DNA of 64,000 nt, taken from Enoplolaimus lenunculus. Taxonomy: Eukaryota. Shown here in pieces: positions 11,237 through 24,902 of this stretch. A program made the position numbers and the translations under genes. Each line of letters opens with the position of its first letter. The first letter of the stretch is position 1. The stretch spans positions 1-64,000 of the forward strand of contig JASANG010002092.1 in assembly GCA_030248215.1 (NCBI GenBank), given 5' to 3'. The notes beneath the pieces are model-generated. The model ran no database searches. It saw only the letters and a list, made by a program, of their open reading frames with translations, and was not told the origin of the DNA.

Positions 11237-11923
11237 TTCCCCCAAAATTTGAATTTCGCGCCAAAATTTGAATTTCCCACCAGAATTTGAATTTCCCGCC
11301 AAATTTTGAATTTCTCGCCAAAATTTGGATTTTCGGCCAAAATTTGAATTTTGCCGCCAAAATTTGAATTTTGCCGCCAAAATTTGAATTTTGCCGCCAA
11401 AATTTGAATGTAATACCAAAAATTGATTTTTCCCGCCAAAATTTGAATTTGCCGCCAAAATTTGAATTTTCCCGCCAAAATTTGAATTTGCCGCCAAAAT
11501 TTGAATTTTCCCGCCAAAATTTGAATTTGCCGCCGAAATTTAAATTTTCCCGCCTAAATTTTATTTTACCGCCAAAATTTTAATTTACCGCCAAAATTCG
11601 AATTTTCCCGCCAAAATTTGAATTTCCCGCCAAAATTTGAATTTGCCGCCGAAATTTAAATTTTCCCGCCTAAATTTGAATGTGCCGCGAAAATTTGAAT
11701 TTCGCGCCAAAATTTGAATTTTCCCGCCAAAATTTGAATTTCCCGCCAAAATGTGAATTTTCCCACCAAAATTTGAATTTTCCCGCCTAAATTTTATTTT
11801 ACCGCCAAAATTTTAATTTACCGCCAAAATTCGAATTTTCCCGCCAAAATTTGAATTTCCCGCCAAAATTCGAATTTCCCGCCAAAATTTGAATTTTCCC
11901 GTCAAAATTTGAATTTCCCCGCT
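11237..11923. repeat. Minisatellite, 19-21-bp unit (TTTCCCGCCAAAATTTGAA), about 34 copies
   Basis: Direct tandem array seen in the sequence. It generates the spurious repetitive ORFs at 11135-11583. Confidence 0.97.
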
Positions 11924-12291
11924 AAGGTGTCCCTAATGTGTCTATCATATAAAAATATTGTCCACTACACTGTTTTTCTAACATTTCAATGTCCTAGGCA
12001 GTGTCACTGCAAAACAATTGTGTCCGGATAGAGTTTCCGTGAAACTCTATGATGTCCGCGAATGGCAGTGATACTGTTGGAAAATGAAGGGTTTCGATAA
12101 AACATAAGCCGGACAAGCTATTGAATTTCTTTTGGGAGGGGACATTTCGTGTGCTTTTTGAGTTTTCGAACCTCAATTTTCGTTTCTTAAGCACTTGTTT
12201 TAACTTGTTGCTCTAAAGAAGTACCCTGACCCTCAAGCAAAGTGATATGAGCATCAAAGATACAATTCTAAAAATCGGTATTTATATTATG

Positions 12292-12574
12292 CCGTAGTGA
12301 CCCGAATATGAGGGGGTACCCATTTTGAGTCCCAATCAATAGGAGTCCGTATCCCTAATAAGAGTCCGTAAGCGCATAGAGTCCCTAAACCCTAATTAGA
12401 GTCCGTAAATGTCAAAATTGTTGCGCATAAATGAATCCAGGACCAAATATATATCAGTAACGAAGGGTAGTGGGGCGTGGGTAAAAAATAAATAACAGTC
12501 TGTAACCGAATAACAGGGGGGTACCCTCTGGCGAGGTCAAATAAATATCAGTCCCACCTCTTATTCGGGTCACT
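12292..12574. mobile_element. Second, internally shorter copy of the 7110-7510 MITE
   Basis: CCGTAGTGACCCGAATATGAGG … CCTCTTATTCGGGTCACT with shared internal sequence (GAGTCCCAATCAATAGGAGT). Confidence 0.85.
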
Positions 12575-15180
12575 CGACACTCACCTCAATAGTTCTGGGT
12601 ATTCAGATTAGAAGATTGCTCCAGACTACTAAACAAACACTTGCGTTGACAACTTAAAATTGAGTTGATTTGGCTTGTCCTATGCCTTATTTAAACCACT
12701 GCAATAGAGATTCAATCGAATATAACCCTTCCCTCGAACTATATATACTTGAATCGTTTTAGTTCCAAGAACAAAGAACCAGATTGAAATTACTGTATTT
12801 CAATGCTCGAGTTTCAATTAAATCTCAAAACATTTATTTAATCGAATGACAATGAGCAGCTACTTGCCAAAAACATAAAGCACACTACATAAAAAGCAGT
12901 CAGTGTATAAACATAGGCGTAACAGTAGTACATATACGCATATTCTTAAACCTACGCCTTAAAATAAGCCTAAACCTAAATCCTTAGCAAAAAATTACTC
13001 TAAACTTTAAGCTTACTCTATTGCAGTCCGGCGGAAAACCGGTCCGCCTCTGATCAACATATGAGCGAGCCGAATAAGCAAACAACACAAGTCAATAGTT
13101 CTCCTAGCTAATAACACATCGTTTGTACCTGGCTGCAACCACAAATTTGCCACGGACCCCGGCAATTTTGGTAACGAATGTTTTCGCAACTTTAAACGTT
13201 TAATTTGTTCAATTACACCCAGTATGAAGTATTTTAACTCATATTTATTTAAACTAAGTAACGTTAACGATACGTAATTCTGTACGCAAGCTGTCAGTAC
13301 CTTATGGTAACGTGAAGAAATAATAGCTTTCCCTATTTCAATACATTACCGACGTATCTTCAGCTTAGGAAATACCACAATGCCGAGATTTGTAGACATC
13401 AGATTCCGAGTGTAATCTATTGTTCTGCTCAATTTTAAACTAAATACTGAATTCACACACATTTCTATTTCCAACATTTAAACAAGCACCGATGAATTTG
13501 TCCTTAGAGATACAATTTACAATATGGCGTTTGAAGACATGGAAAGGAATGAATGTTATATAATTTATGAGAGTTAACAATACATCCGAGAAAATATAAA
13601 AAATTAAAAATAATATTTTTTCTAGCTGTTGTGGATACACTAGATTGCATAAAGCTAATACAAAATTTATCTCGAAACTGTTCCCAAAAATGATTTACAT
13701 TGCGCTACGACATTATTACAGAAATTTTCATGTCTGCCAAAACAACACTATAAAATCAACGTTATGAAATCCAATAAAAACAGAGCAAACATAATGCTAA
13801 GATGTAAATATAACATACAGACAATACTTAAAAATGTTTGGAAAAACCCAAGTTATATGAAGAAACACATATTCTCATGCGTATGCAGCAACCATTGTTA
13901 CTTAGCAATGACTAAACGGGTCGTAAACTTACATAAAACTCGTATCAAATGCTACACACAATTGAGAATACGGATCCAAACGGGTAAACGTAATATATTG
14001 GTTATAGTGGAAGCACGATCGAATATAATGAAAGCTTTCTCATTCTACAACCTTTATTCAAGATATCATAGTTGCGAGATTCCGTATATCCACAATATGA
14101 ATAAAAACGTTCTCCTGTCAAGCATTCATGATACACTTAGAACGTTTCCATGATTGAGTTTAATAATACTTCACACTGCATGGTTCAATAACTTTAAATA
14201 TACAACAAATAAGTCAGTTGCGGTTATACAAACGAATTAGACCCTATCACCTGATCCTCAACTTGATCTATTGAAACAAAACCATAAGTTGATAGCTAAT
14301 GCACGTTGGTCAAAATATATTGGCATTGCATAAAACAACCACAAAAACACTATTCGTCAAATAAGTAGAAACCAGGCTCCGCATTCTCAAATGTGTGTAA
14401 CAATTATAACCAGTTGGTGATAGATCTTGCAGTTTTCGAACCTGTTAATGGTGAGTTTAAAATGCTGCCATTTTCGCAATTGACTTGCTCTACTCGCACG
14501 CGCATTTCGAGAACCGACATTGAAGGAGTTCGTCAATTTGAAAACGTGCCGCTAACTGGCGATAGATGCTATACGCATTTGAGAATATGGGCCAAGGTGC
14601 GAACGTAACACTACTTTACAAAACAGTACCACTAACGTAATGTATAACGTATAAAACAACACACAAAATGCCAAACAAAATTAACTCAATTTTGTATTAT
14701 TTATCGTTGCTATATTTAAAGTTTGCAACATACCCCTAAAAAGACAAAAAATCCTAACAGTTTTAATGGAATGTTTCGTGACAACAACATAGCTGATCAG
14801 TATCACTCGCCAAAATACAGGGCTACCAATTAACAGGTAAACCTAGCGTTTAAATAATTTATGAATGGCTGATTTTTGGAAAACATATGAACAGATAATA
14901 TGAGTTTTCCATAACACTGTGAACATGAGCGCGTACGTGTCTTGGAATAAACGACAACGAAAAGGTCGGTTTCGACGTGGTACATCTGGCGCCATTTCAT
15001 AGACCGCTTTTGTATTTTTCGCACAGGATGATAGGTTCCTGGTTTAAATTCCATTTACGTAATAATCATACAAAATACTATATATTATGAAGCGCGTCTA
15101 CTTAAAACAGCTTTAAAAATCATCCGCATAAAGCAGTACAACTAACAATATTTTGAGAAACAAATTAAAATAAAAATAAA

Positions 15181-18100
15181 TTAAAACAATTTCAACTTCC
15201 GTTTTAAATTAATCCGTTTCCATTCGGGCAATTTGTAAAACTCAATTGGCGTCATGCCGAACAAATCTTCAAACTCTTCTTTGGCAAGATGTCGCTAAAA
15301 CAATAATATAGCAAATTTTATTGCAGGATCAGGTGTACAACCAAACACAAAAAACACTCTTTGTGTTCAGAGATACATTCATATTTTCGCCCGTATAACT
15401 GTCGGTTAGGTTTGTCGTAGTCAAGTTCTCCAAAATTTTGCCCAAGCTTTTCTGAGTAAAATAGTGTTTCAAAGCTGCAACCACCACCACCTATGAATTA
15501 CATGAATATAATCAGCTTTGAGCGGCCAGAAAACTGTAGTAAACCACTCACCTCTAAATTACGCTTATCCGCATCATCTGGAAGCTTTTTGTTTCCAGTA
15601 TTAATGACGTCGTACTTGTAAATCTAAAATAACAATAGCGACTATAAAATACCGTTAGGAGATTTAAGAATCACGTACGCAAAGCTGCACCAATATTAAA
15701 GCTGGAACGCCAAACATACGTATTTTGAGCAGCTTCCAGCCAACTTTTGGAAACGTACGTAAAACGTTAGGACCAAATCCAGGTTTATGGTATGAAAAGT
15801 ACCGGTCCGGGTTTTGACATTGAGAAATGGCAGGCCCGGGTATTGTCTTTGAAATATGCATGGGTCCGGGTTCGGGTTTTGCCTTTGTGATATTAATGGT
15901 CCGGGCATTTATTATTAAATGTTGCCACTCTAATATTCAGTTAGTTATATCCTCACACCATCTGAATCAATTTCCCTTCTCAACATCGCCATCAAGTGAT
16001 TAATACCATCGTTTGACCCGCCTACAACTAAGGATTATATTTTCTTTTCATGACTCAAATTAAATATGACTTGCCGTATGAGGTTTGTTCATATCGGGAA
16101 GCGAAGTCCGTGGCACTGCAGACTGCATTCCATGCCCAATTCCACCACCAGCACCCGGCATTTGTCCAGCGGTCATCGTTTGATACTGATAGTATTGACG
16201 CGACAATGCTAAGCTTGACCGTAACCCGCCATCGGTGATTAGTGATTCATCTGAAAAATAACAAAAATAAAAATAAATTTTGTTCCAAAAATTAATACAA
16301 ATGTACATATTCCGTCTGGTACAAGTCCAAGCCATAAGGATGAAAAATTAAGCCATACAAACATAGCAGCTTTCCCATCATGCATGTACACATATTTATC
16401 TTAAGTAATTATCCCAAGTTCACAACAAAATGTTATAGTAAGTAAAATGAATAAAAACTTGAGTTTCACAACAACAATGCCGCACAATTTGTTCACAAGG
16501 AATTATGCAACCAGAAGTCCCTAAATGTAATACTTACGTTCCGACATCTGTTCAATACTTCGGCTTGGGTCTTCGTCATAAGATTCATTTGCGTCCTTAA
16601 ACAACAGAGCGCTGAATACCATTAATTTAAATTTAAAACCAAATTTAAATTTAAAATTCAACAAAGCAAATTCAGCACAAACACTACGCAATAATATCAA
16701 GATTCGCAACAAAAATATTGCTCATATAACATCAAATAAGACAAAGCAATAAATTGAAATAAACAATATAAATTGGTTCGAAAGAAACCATTCAAACAAC
16801 AATCAAATTTAAGCTAATTCAGTCAGATTTTCCGTTATCTAAAACGCATGTCTCATATTAATAAAATGAGTAATGCCTACCATAAACAAAAATTCATATA
16901 AAACTTACATAAACAGCAAGCGGACGATACCCATGACTTGGCAAGGTTGCTGCTTTTGGTGCAAGACCATACCCAGGCTTTGGAACTGAAACGTACATAG
17001 TTCATATACGTAAACATCTAAAGATTGATAACGGCTTCTGATCGTGTTCAAATATATACACATTTCCAGTAAAACTTTAAGCATTCTCAAATATTTTTAG
17101 AAAATTAAAAATTAACAAAATGTCTCAAATCTTGAATAGCTTTATGCATCATTTACTTTATCTTGTGCCCGCTGTGTGGAAATTTGCAATGCCAATTTCC
17201 AACTACGATGCCTTGAATGTTTTAACGCGAAAATGCAACTATTTGTGATTTGTTACAATAAAATCAAAGTGTTTTGGGTTTCCTTTCAAAAATTGGATTT
17301 TGGGTAACAGGAGGGGTTATTCTGTCTTTCAAATCGCAGCATAACCAGGTAGTGGTGCTCCACAGTCGTTCGCTGTCTGTGTTCGTAGGCGAAGTGCTCA
17401 ACTATTTCTGGGCCAAAACTGTGATCCAAGGAAAATTTTTGTAAATGCTTATCGCTTTTTCACCTCTTTGGTCTTGTTCGCAAACTACCGATACTGAACA
17501 AAATCGAGAGCGAGACCGAGTCCACCCAAATCCCGAGCCTTGCCGAGACCGCCCATCCCGGTTTTTCAGACCTTCACTGTTGTCCTTACTAAGGTCAACA
17601 AATGTCAAACATACGACGCATTTCCGCTTTTGCTGAAAATCCAATTTCCACTACCGTCATTTTCATTTATTGTCAAGAAAGAAATTAGAACTAAATTTCA
17701 GTCGTTCATTTTCAGCTGCCCTGATCGGCAGTTTTCAATGTCCCTTTTGAAAAAATTTTGTCTTATTAATTTTCCAATCTTTCTCAAAATGAGATTCAAT
17801 TTCCTATTGGGTGTAATCTGAAAAACCCGTAATGGGAAAACGAAATCGAAATACTTATCCATTTCCATATAAGGTTTTTAAAATAACTCAATTTACCACA
17901 CAGGTAATTTTGAGTTCCAATTTCCAACTACTATCATTTTTAAAACCGCAGTTGGAAATTGTCGTTGCAAATTTCCACGCAGCGGGTACAAGATAAAATG
18001 GATGATGCATTACATCGATTAAAAATGCACGGACTTACCATTATAGTGTGGAATGGTCGTTGTCGCAGCGCGATCGTCCTGCCACGATTCCCACGGTTTT

Positions 18101-21100
18101 GGACGATTTAAATACCGACTTGGGGCTGAAAAACAACAAATACAGCAAAAAGTTTTCAAATGCTTTAGACAGTTTCAGTAAATTCAAAAATAAACTTTTG
18201 TACCATAGACTTGTTTATAGACACAGTTAATCGGATTAGCGAATGTTAATAGAAGTCAAATATAATACAAAGACCATGTAAAAACAGAATCAAAATAATC
18301 TGAAACAAAAATAGCAGTCATTCTAACTTACAAGCATTAATTGGAGATTCATATCGGCAACGGTGTATGGGATTCTTTTTCGCGTTCGGCGTCCGTGATG
18401 TGCCACGAGGATCAATCGGCTGCGGTCCTTTCATCGTTTTCTTCCGTTCCTTAAAATAACAAGGTTATACTGTAAAAATAACAAAATAACATAAACTAAT
18501 TATATGGTCGACCTACTCTTATGATCTGTCTTTTGCATCATGTCAATAAGACATCAGATCTTTATAACAAAGTGCATAATCAACTCACACGACAGGGTGC
18601 AAACCACCATGCACTACGCAAACCATAAAATGCTCCGATCCAATCGCAATATTAACAATGTACTTATAGAAAAATTTGTCCACGTCACACTTTATGTCAG
18701 ACAGGTAAAACTTACTTCAACTTCAGTCGCAAACACTTGTGCAATTGACGATTCAACAGCGATCACTTTCAATTTTTCACCTTGTACGTCCAATTTTTGT
18801 GTTTTCTCTGGCGACCTAGGCTCTTCTTCGTCTTCAACATCGCTTTGAGACAAACGTCGGCGCAATTCTGAAGAAACCAGGATAGCCGCTGCATTGGTTA
18901 ATAGAAGTTTCAAAAAATTCTGGAATTTAGGTTTTTCAGCGCTCCGCAAAAAACTGAACATATTTTACAAACTCTAGCATCTTGAAATAAAGTATTTTTG
19001 CCCAAATCGCTCAAAGATGCTTAGCTTACCCTCGACAGCATACGGATAAATTGGCGCCGGAAAATCTTCGCGATCGATAGGACGTACTTCTCCAGGTTCC
19101 GGCAAATGAGCTCCAGGCCAATGAGCCATTTCAATAGGTTCTTCATTGTTCATATGAGGTGACTTCGGACGCGGATGAGGATCGTCCAGTGCTTCCGCTG
19201 CAATTTTAACATTGACAAGAAATTAACAAATTGAGAGAAACGGCTAGGCTTGAGAGCAGTTACATAAATCGATCTTTGACTTTTAAGTCAAACTTGTACT
19301 TGAATCGCAAGAGCAGCTTAACTTTATAAGTTAGTATATTTGTTGGATTGTTAGTCCTCGGCCAATGCAGTGAATTGAGTGTAGTTAGAAATACATACAT
19401 TTTAATGTTGACAACTCTATAGGTTCACTACATGGTCAACCTTAAAAACTTACTTAATTTTTGCATTCCCGTCTTCAAATACGACATACGCGATTTCCGT
19501 ATTTTTACTGGAGATCCTAAAATAAAAACACTTATTAATATAGAAAATTCGAGCAATAGCGATACAGATAAAATTTTAAACTTAAGACATTTAATTTTCA
19601 AAAATGTACACAAAAATTTTCGAACAATACCTTTATTCCAAAACATAACCACTCCCACCTTTAACTTTCCGAGTTTGAGTTTCACGTCGATTTTTTAAAA
19701 CTTTCTTGAGCCACAATACTTCCTGAGGTTTGAATTAATAAGCTTCAAACCTCTGGCAACTCCACTGCCATGCTCTAATACATGAGAGTAGCCAAGCTTT
19801 TGGAAAGAGGGGTTACGTTATATAAAAATTTCAAAGGTTGCTTCCAGTGTTACAAATTGGTAAAAGTGCCTAAAACTCCTTTATAAAAATTTCAAAGAAT
19901 GGCTTGACCCCTGAATACACCCCCGGCTACATTCATGTTCCTATCTGTCTCACCTATTGGCATATGAAACTGTGGCGTTTGTGGCGGATGTGGTGGAATC
20001 GGATGACGCAAATATCCCTTTTCCGGTTCCGGTGTCAAGTACATATACGTCAAATGGGTGCCAAAATCAACCGGATACTTCGTTGGTTGCAGTGGGCGGC
20101 CCGATTTAGTGTGCCGGGTAACACCTGAGCTGCTGGTCGTGGTCCCAGCGGCAGGGTGATGAGGAGGACGACTAGCTGTTGTTGTTGGCGCTGCAGCACC
20201 GGCTGCCAAAATCGGCTGTTTCGTTGAGGTTTTTGGTTTGTTCTGAACCAAAAATACGACCAATGTCACGTTGAGTGGAGTGCGTAACAGCAGCATAAGC
20301 GTATTCCTAAGCTTAATCCTCAGCGTAAGCATGAGCCCATAACTCAGTCAAGGTCTGACCACAATCCTAATCAAAAATAAGTCTAAGGCTTATGCTTACT
20401 CTATCGGAGTCCCGCGGAAAAAGAATGTGCCAGCAAAATGGGTCAAAACGCAGAAAAGTCTTATTCACAAGCTCAAGATTTGGCAGGAAGTATATACAGC
20501 TGCAAATACACGTTACAAACGTGCGAATAGGGCTTACGAAAATTTAAAGTTCGCGAAGCCACACATGATGAGTAATAAATATAGAACTTGTATATATTGT
20601 ATTGTGTACTTTATGCACATACTAAAATTCTGTTCTTTAAAGCTTTATTTGCAACTAATCAAAGCATATTGCAATATTTAAAAACATTAACAACAACCAT
20701 GTTCAAATTATCACGCATCCCAGGCGTAGTAGCTTTATTAGAGATAACTAACATTTAAACGTTTGTAAACTAACCGGATCTTTGGATTGTTCAACTGGTT
20801 GACACCTTGGATGCCAAATATCGTCGCCTAAGACAAAATTAACATTACATTTTAAAATCTCCCATTTTACGTAGTAAACAAATCAATATAAAATTACAAC
20901 AGACCTAAAATATTGCAGGCTATATAGTTACCACTCATTACTTACACAATACTCCAAACTCAGCTAAACTTAATGCTAACCTTGCATATACATTTCTTCA
21001 CCATCGCCAAACGGACTCCCACATCGAACACATCGTGCACATCCTGGATGGAAATGAAAGTCGCCTGCCTGAAACATTGCAAAAATATTTGTTGAAGTAT

Positions 21101-24100
21101 TAAAACAGAAGTTTTTCCAGTTTCGAATACAAAACTACACAGAATTTTCACAAAGTATGGGATTACTAACACCTATCACGATTGCTCATAGCTTTACTGT
21201 TACTGTTCACAAAACTAAATCGCGTTCTCATTTTGTAATAAGTTTGACTAAAACATTTTAGGACCCTAATCTACAACCCAACAACATGCGCCAAATTCCG
21301 CGTATGATTATTTAATCTAAGGTTTACTCATTAGTGCAGGACTACATAGGTCGCCTGTAGAGTGAGTTTTCTTTTTTGCCCCGAGACATAAATTTGAAGA
21401 TCGTTTCGTAATTTTGTGCCTTTCCGATAATATTCACATCAGAGGTCCAAATGTATACTCAAAATTTTGGCGACAATATTATGAGATCGAATTTTGAAAC
21501 CGAAATAATTGGTACTGCGGAAAAGCAGTTCTTACAACAAATAGCTTTAATATAATAATCACAACGTACCTGTAATACTTTGCCAGCAATAAAAGCAAAA
21601 CATTCATCGCATTTAACGCCGAATTGAGCGTTGTAATCTCGAATGCAAAACGGCTGACCATCCCTGAAACCAAAAACTCCACACACAGCGTGAAGTTCAT
21701 ATTACTTAAAGAAAATGCAATTTTATAATTTCAATGTGGATTTACAGAAATAAAGTACTGGCTTCACTATAAAACTATTTAACAACCTAATACAAACTTT
21801 ACTACGTTATTCCAAAACACCGGAATGGTGACAATTAGTTTACGAAAAAATGTGAAATGGTTCGAATGTACGAAAACCTATTATCAATACAGATGCTTGC
21901 TACCTTAGAAATGTATTATCATCTTGTAACCAAAACTCGATTTGCAAAGTAAAAACGTCAGTTTCTTACTTGGCCATATACTCGCCGTGCAGCACAGAAT
22001 CGCATGCGGTACACTTGAAACACCAAACGTGCCATTGTGCATCCAACGCTAGTAACACTTGTCCGCTAATAATCATTTCGTTGCACGCAGCACACACTAA
22101 AATTAATCATTTAGCAAATTGCAAAACTCCTTCATAGAGGCTAAGGACTATAATCAAATATCTACGTAACCTATATTGGTTTAAATTTTAGAATGTCTAA
22201 TAGCTATCACTGATAGCTATGAATTCGAAAATTTAAAAATCACATTGATGTTGCCTACAACGCGAACACAAATAGCTTTGCCCTTAAACATTTTTACTGT
22301 CCAAAAACACATTCGAGCTAAGCACGCCAGCTATCCAATCTTGTACAGCTGTAACGCTATTACGAACCTTCAATTAAAATTTAGTGTGAAGTTTTCAAAC
22401 AATCAGACTGAACTTAATATAACTTATAGGCTGAGTTTCCAAAACCCTACTTAAATATGACTTAGTACTTAAGTATGTGCTAACCAATTACGTAACCATT
22501 TTGTCGTTTTTAAAAGCATACCTAAGTTAAGTAAATACTTAAGTCACTAACTAAATTTGATATATCACAGAGTAACAGTTCAGACATATTAACCTTGGCC
22601 TAATTAAAAACGTAACTTGTGATACCTCCTCAATATAATGCAAAACTATAGCTTTTTCATGACCATTCCTCACATCTGGTGTTTTTTGTTTTTGCTCCAT
22701 AAGTTAAGTATTTACTTAAGTCGGTTATTTAAGTAAGATTTTGGAAAAGCAGCCATTATTTCACTGACTCAAAATTCGCTGCAACAAACAGATCCCTCGT
22801 TTGAAAAGCTGTGACCAACCACCAGTACGAACAATACACAACTTGGAACGCTACGCAAAACTTCACTCTTTAATTCTTTAATAAAACAACTCAGATCACC
22901 TGTAGGCGAATACATATTATAACTATCTGCCACATCAGACGATGGTGGTTCGTGTTGTTCTCCATGTCGTTTTTTCAACAGCCCTTCATCGGTAACGTCT
23001 GCGCCTCCTGCAGCGCGGCTTCCGCCTCCTGTCGCAGGCGCACCAACCAGCTGGGTCGGTTTGACCTTCGCCACCGGGATGTGAAGACACTTTTGGCACA
23101 AATGTTCACGACCGGTGAAAGTCACTTTTTGACCGGACGGAAATGGCAATCTAAGCACAAATCAATAAAAACATGAAGAACAAAAATGCCAACGTATGTT
23201 TGCTGACCGTATCTTGAAACAAAGGTCTGTTTTACAAAATATAAAACGATACTCGCAATACCGGCGCTCCTTGAAAACACTGCATAACAACATGGGACGC
23301 TAAAAACATTAGCTTAGCGTCAGTTTTACTGCTAACCCCAAAAACAACATATTTCAACAAAAAGTACGCTATGTCGCTTCAAAAACATGTACACGATGAA
23401 AACCGCATTTTACACGTATTTAGTCATTTAAGAACTACAGACAACTATTCATTTTGTCAAAAGAACAGTTGGATTACTTCAATAAAATTAATATGGTTCA
23501 TTAAACGAGCCGGAAGTAGAACCTGCAAAATATATTTTCCAGAGAAAAAGTTTTGACAAAATTTTGCGTACAATATTTTTACAGCTATAGCGTTTCTTTT
23601 CGCTCTAGCAACAACTCGCGATCATTACGTACTTGCAACGATCACATTTAAAACAGAGCTGATGGTACGATTTTCCCATAACAGTGACTACTTCTCCGTC
23701 GACAAACTGGTCGCAAACGTCACATTTGACGCCGAATCTAAAACAACAAACCAACAATTCTTAATCTATGTAAATAATATGTAGATTTAACATACTTCAA
23801 ACAAATGCCCACGATGCGTCGTATATTATTTGCAGGGTTCCAACAGGATCTAAGGTTTACCGGAACAGGAATTGAATTTTTCCAGCAGCAGGAATTTGAA
23901 ATAATTTTCATCACCAAATTACTGTTGGTTTTTAAAAAACTAGCAAAGAAGGACTTAAATGAATTTTCAGCTATTTAATCATCACATTGGGATCCTGTTT
24001 TATTTGTCCAGGGATGTACATACGTACTCTGGTGACGTAATACTGCTCAGCAAGCACAAATAAATCATAACTTAGATCAAGGTGCATAAAACAGCTGCTC

Positions 24101-24902
24101 AATAATCTGAAACAGGTGATCAAAATTTACAAACGTACCGCTTGTGGTAATGCTCTGGGCAGTAATAAACACCGTCTTTTTCAAAATAACCAAGATCATT
24201 TAGTGAATTGTGGCAGTCTAAAATAAAAAGCATTAAACACCAATGAAACCTTATGTAACTAACAAGATTTCGCTGAAACTTGAAAGTTGGCCGCTGAAGA
24301 TCTGTTCAGTTTACGTGCGAACCGGACATTGTTTTGGAAATTTGTTACAAATTTTGGCCTGAAGGTTGAGAATTTTAGTCCGCTAGGACCATTATCAGGA
24401 GGCGCCTCCCACTATTAACATATTTTACATAATACGAAAAATTTTACTACTAAAATTGCCAAACCTCCATCAAAAATTCTATTGCAGAAGAAATTTCGAT
24501 TTTTTGCTTCAGTGAGATATAAGGCAGGCCTATATATGGTTGTACTCTGACAGTAAAACGAATCATTATTCTACAAATAAAATAATGTAACACAGGGCTA
24601 ACCCAGTTAAACCTCGTCTGTCGTTTGTTACCCAAATTCTATATGGGTACAGAATCATAAATTTCTATCAGTACTTGGAAATATTTCACCTGCGGGTTTA
24701 CAGATGTCAAAAATTTAAATTTCTTACCCGACCCGCGCTTACACTCGACTCGCGTGCAACTCTGGTGTTTACAAAACAATATTGACCAGTACAAAAAACT
24801 ACATACCAGTGCAAATAAAACATTCAATATGGAAGAACTTTTCATCGGCTTTTAATATATCACCAGCGCACTTTTTCTTGCACTGTTCACATTTGACTTT
24901 GC
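15181..24902 (-). CDS. unc-115: abLIM / UNC-115 actin-binding LIM protein (4 LIM domains, villin headpiece). Exons: 24807-24902, 24139-24217, 23633-23737, 22900-23150, 21970-22096, 21570-21663, 20981-21068, 20775-20827, 19954-20242, 19454-19516, 19030-19197, 18716-18867, 18332-18449, 18039-18125, 16909-16985, 16538-16595, 16075-16250, 15552-15623, 15181-15294
   Basis: Hand-spliced exons are phase-consistent (2271 nt including the candidate ATGG exon, giving 756 aa). LIM motifs: CEQCKKKCAGDILKADEKFFHIECF; CDVCDQFVDGEVVTVMGKSYHQLCF; CAACNEMIISGQVLLALDAQWHVWCFKC; CDECFAFIAGKVLQAGDFHFHPGC. UNC-115-like core FGTHLTYMYL…PKSPHMNNEEPIEMAH…DFPAPIYPYAVEELRRRLS. Headpiece RHLAKEEFEDLFGMTPIEFYKLPEWKRINLKRKLKLF*. 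Confidence 0.95.
17144..18010. mobile_element. Intronic element with about 65-bp imperfect terminal inverted repeats
   Basis: ATGCATCAT…TTTATCTTGTGCCCGCTGTGTGGAAATTTGCAATGCCAATTTCCAACT vs AGTTGGAAATTGTCGTTGCAAATTTCCACGCAGCGGGTACAAGATAAAATGGATGATGCAT. Confidence 0.75.

Noticed and set aside
11135..11583. Repetitive ORFs (KFKFWRQ / PPKFEF)
   Set aside because: Translations of the minisatellite.
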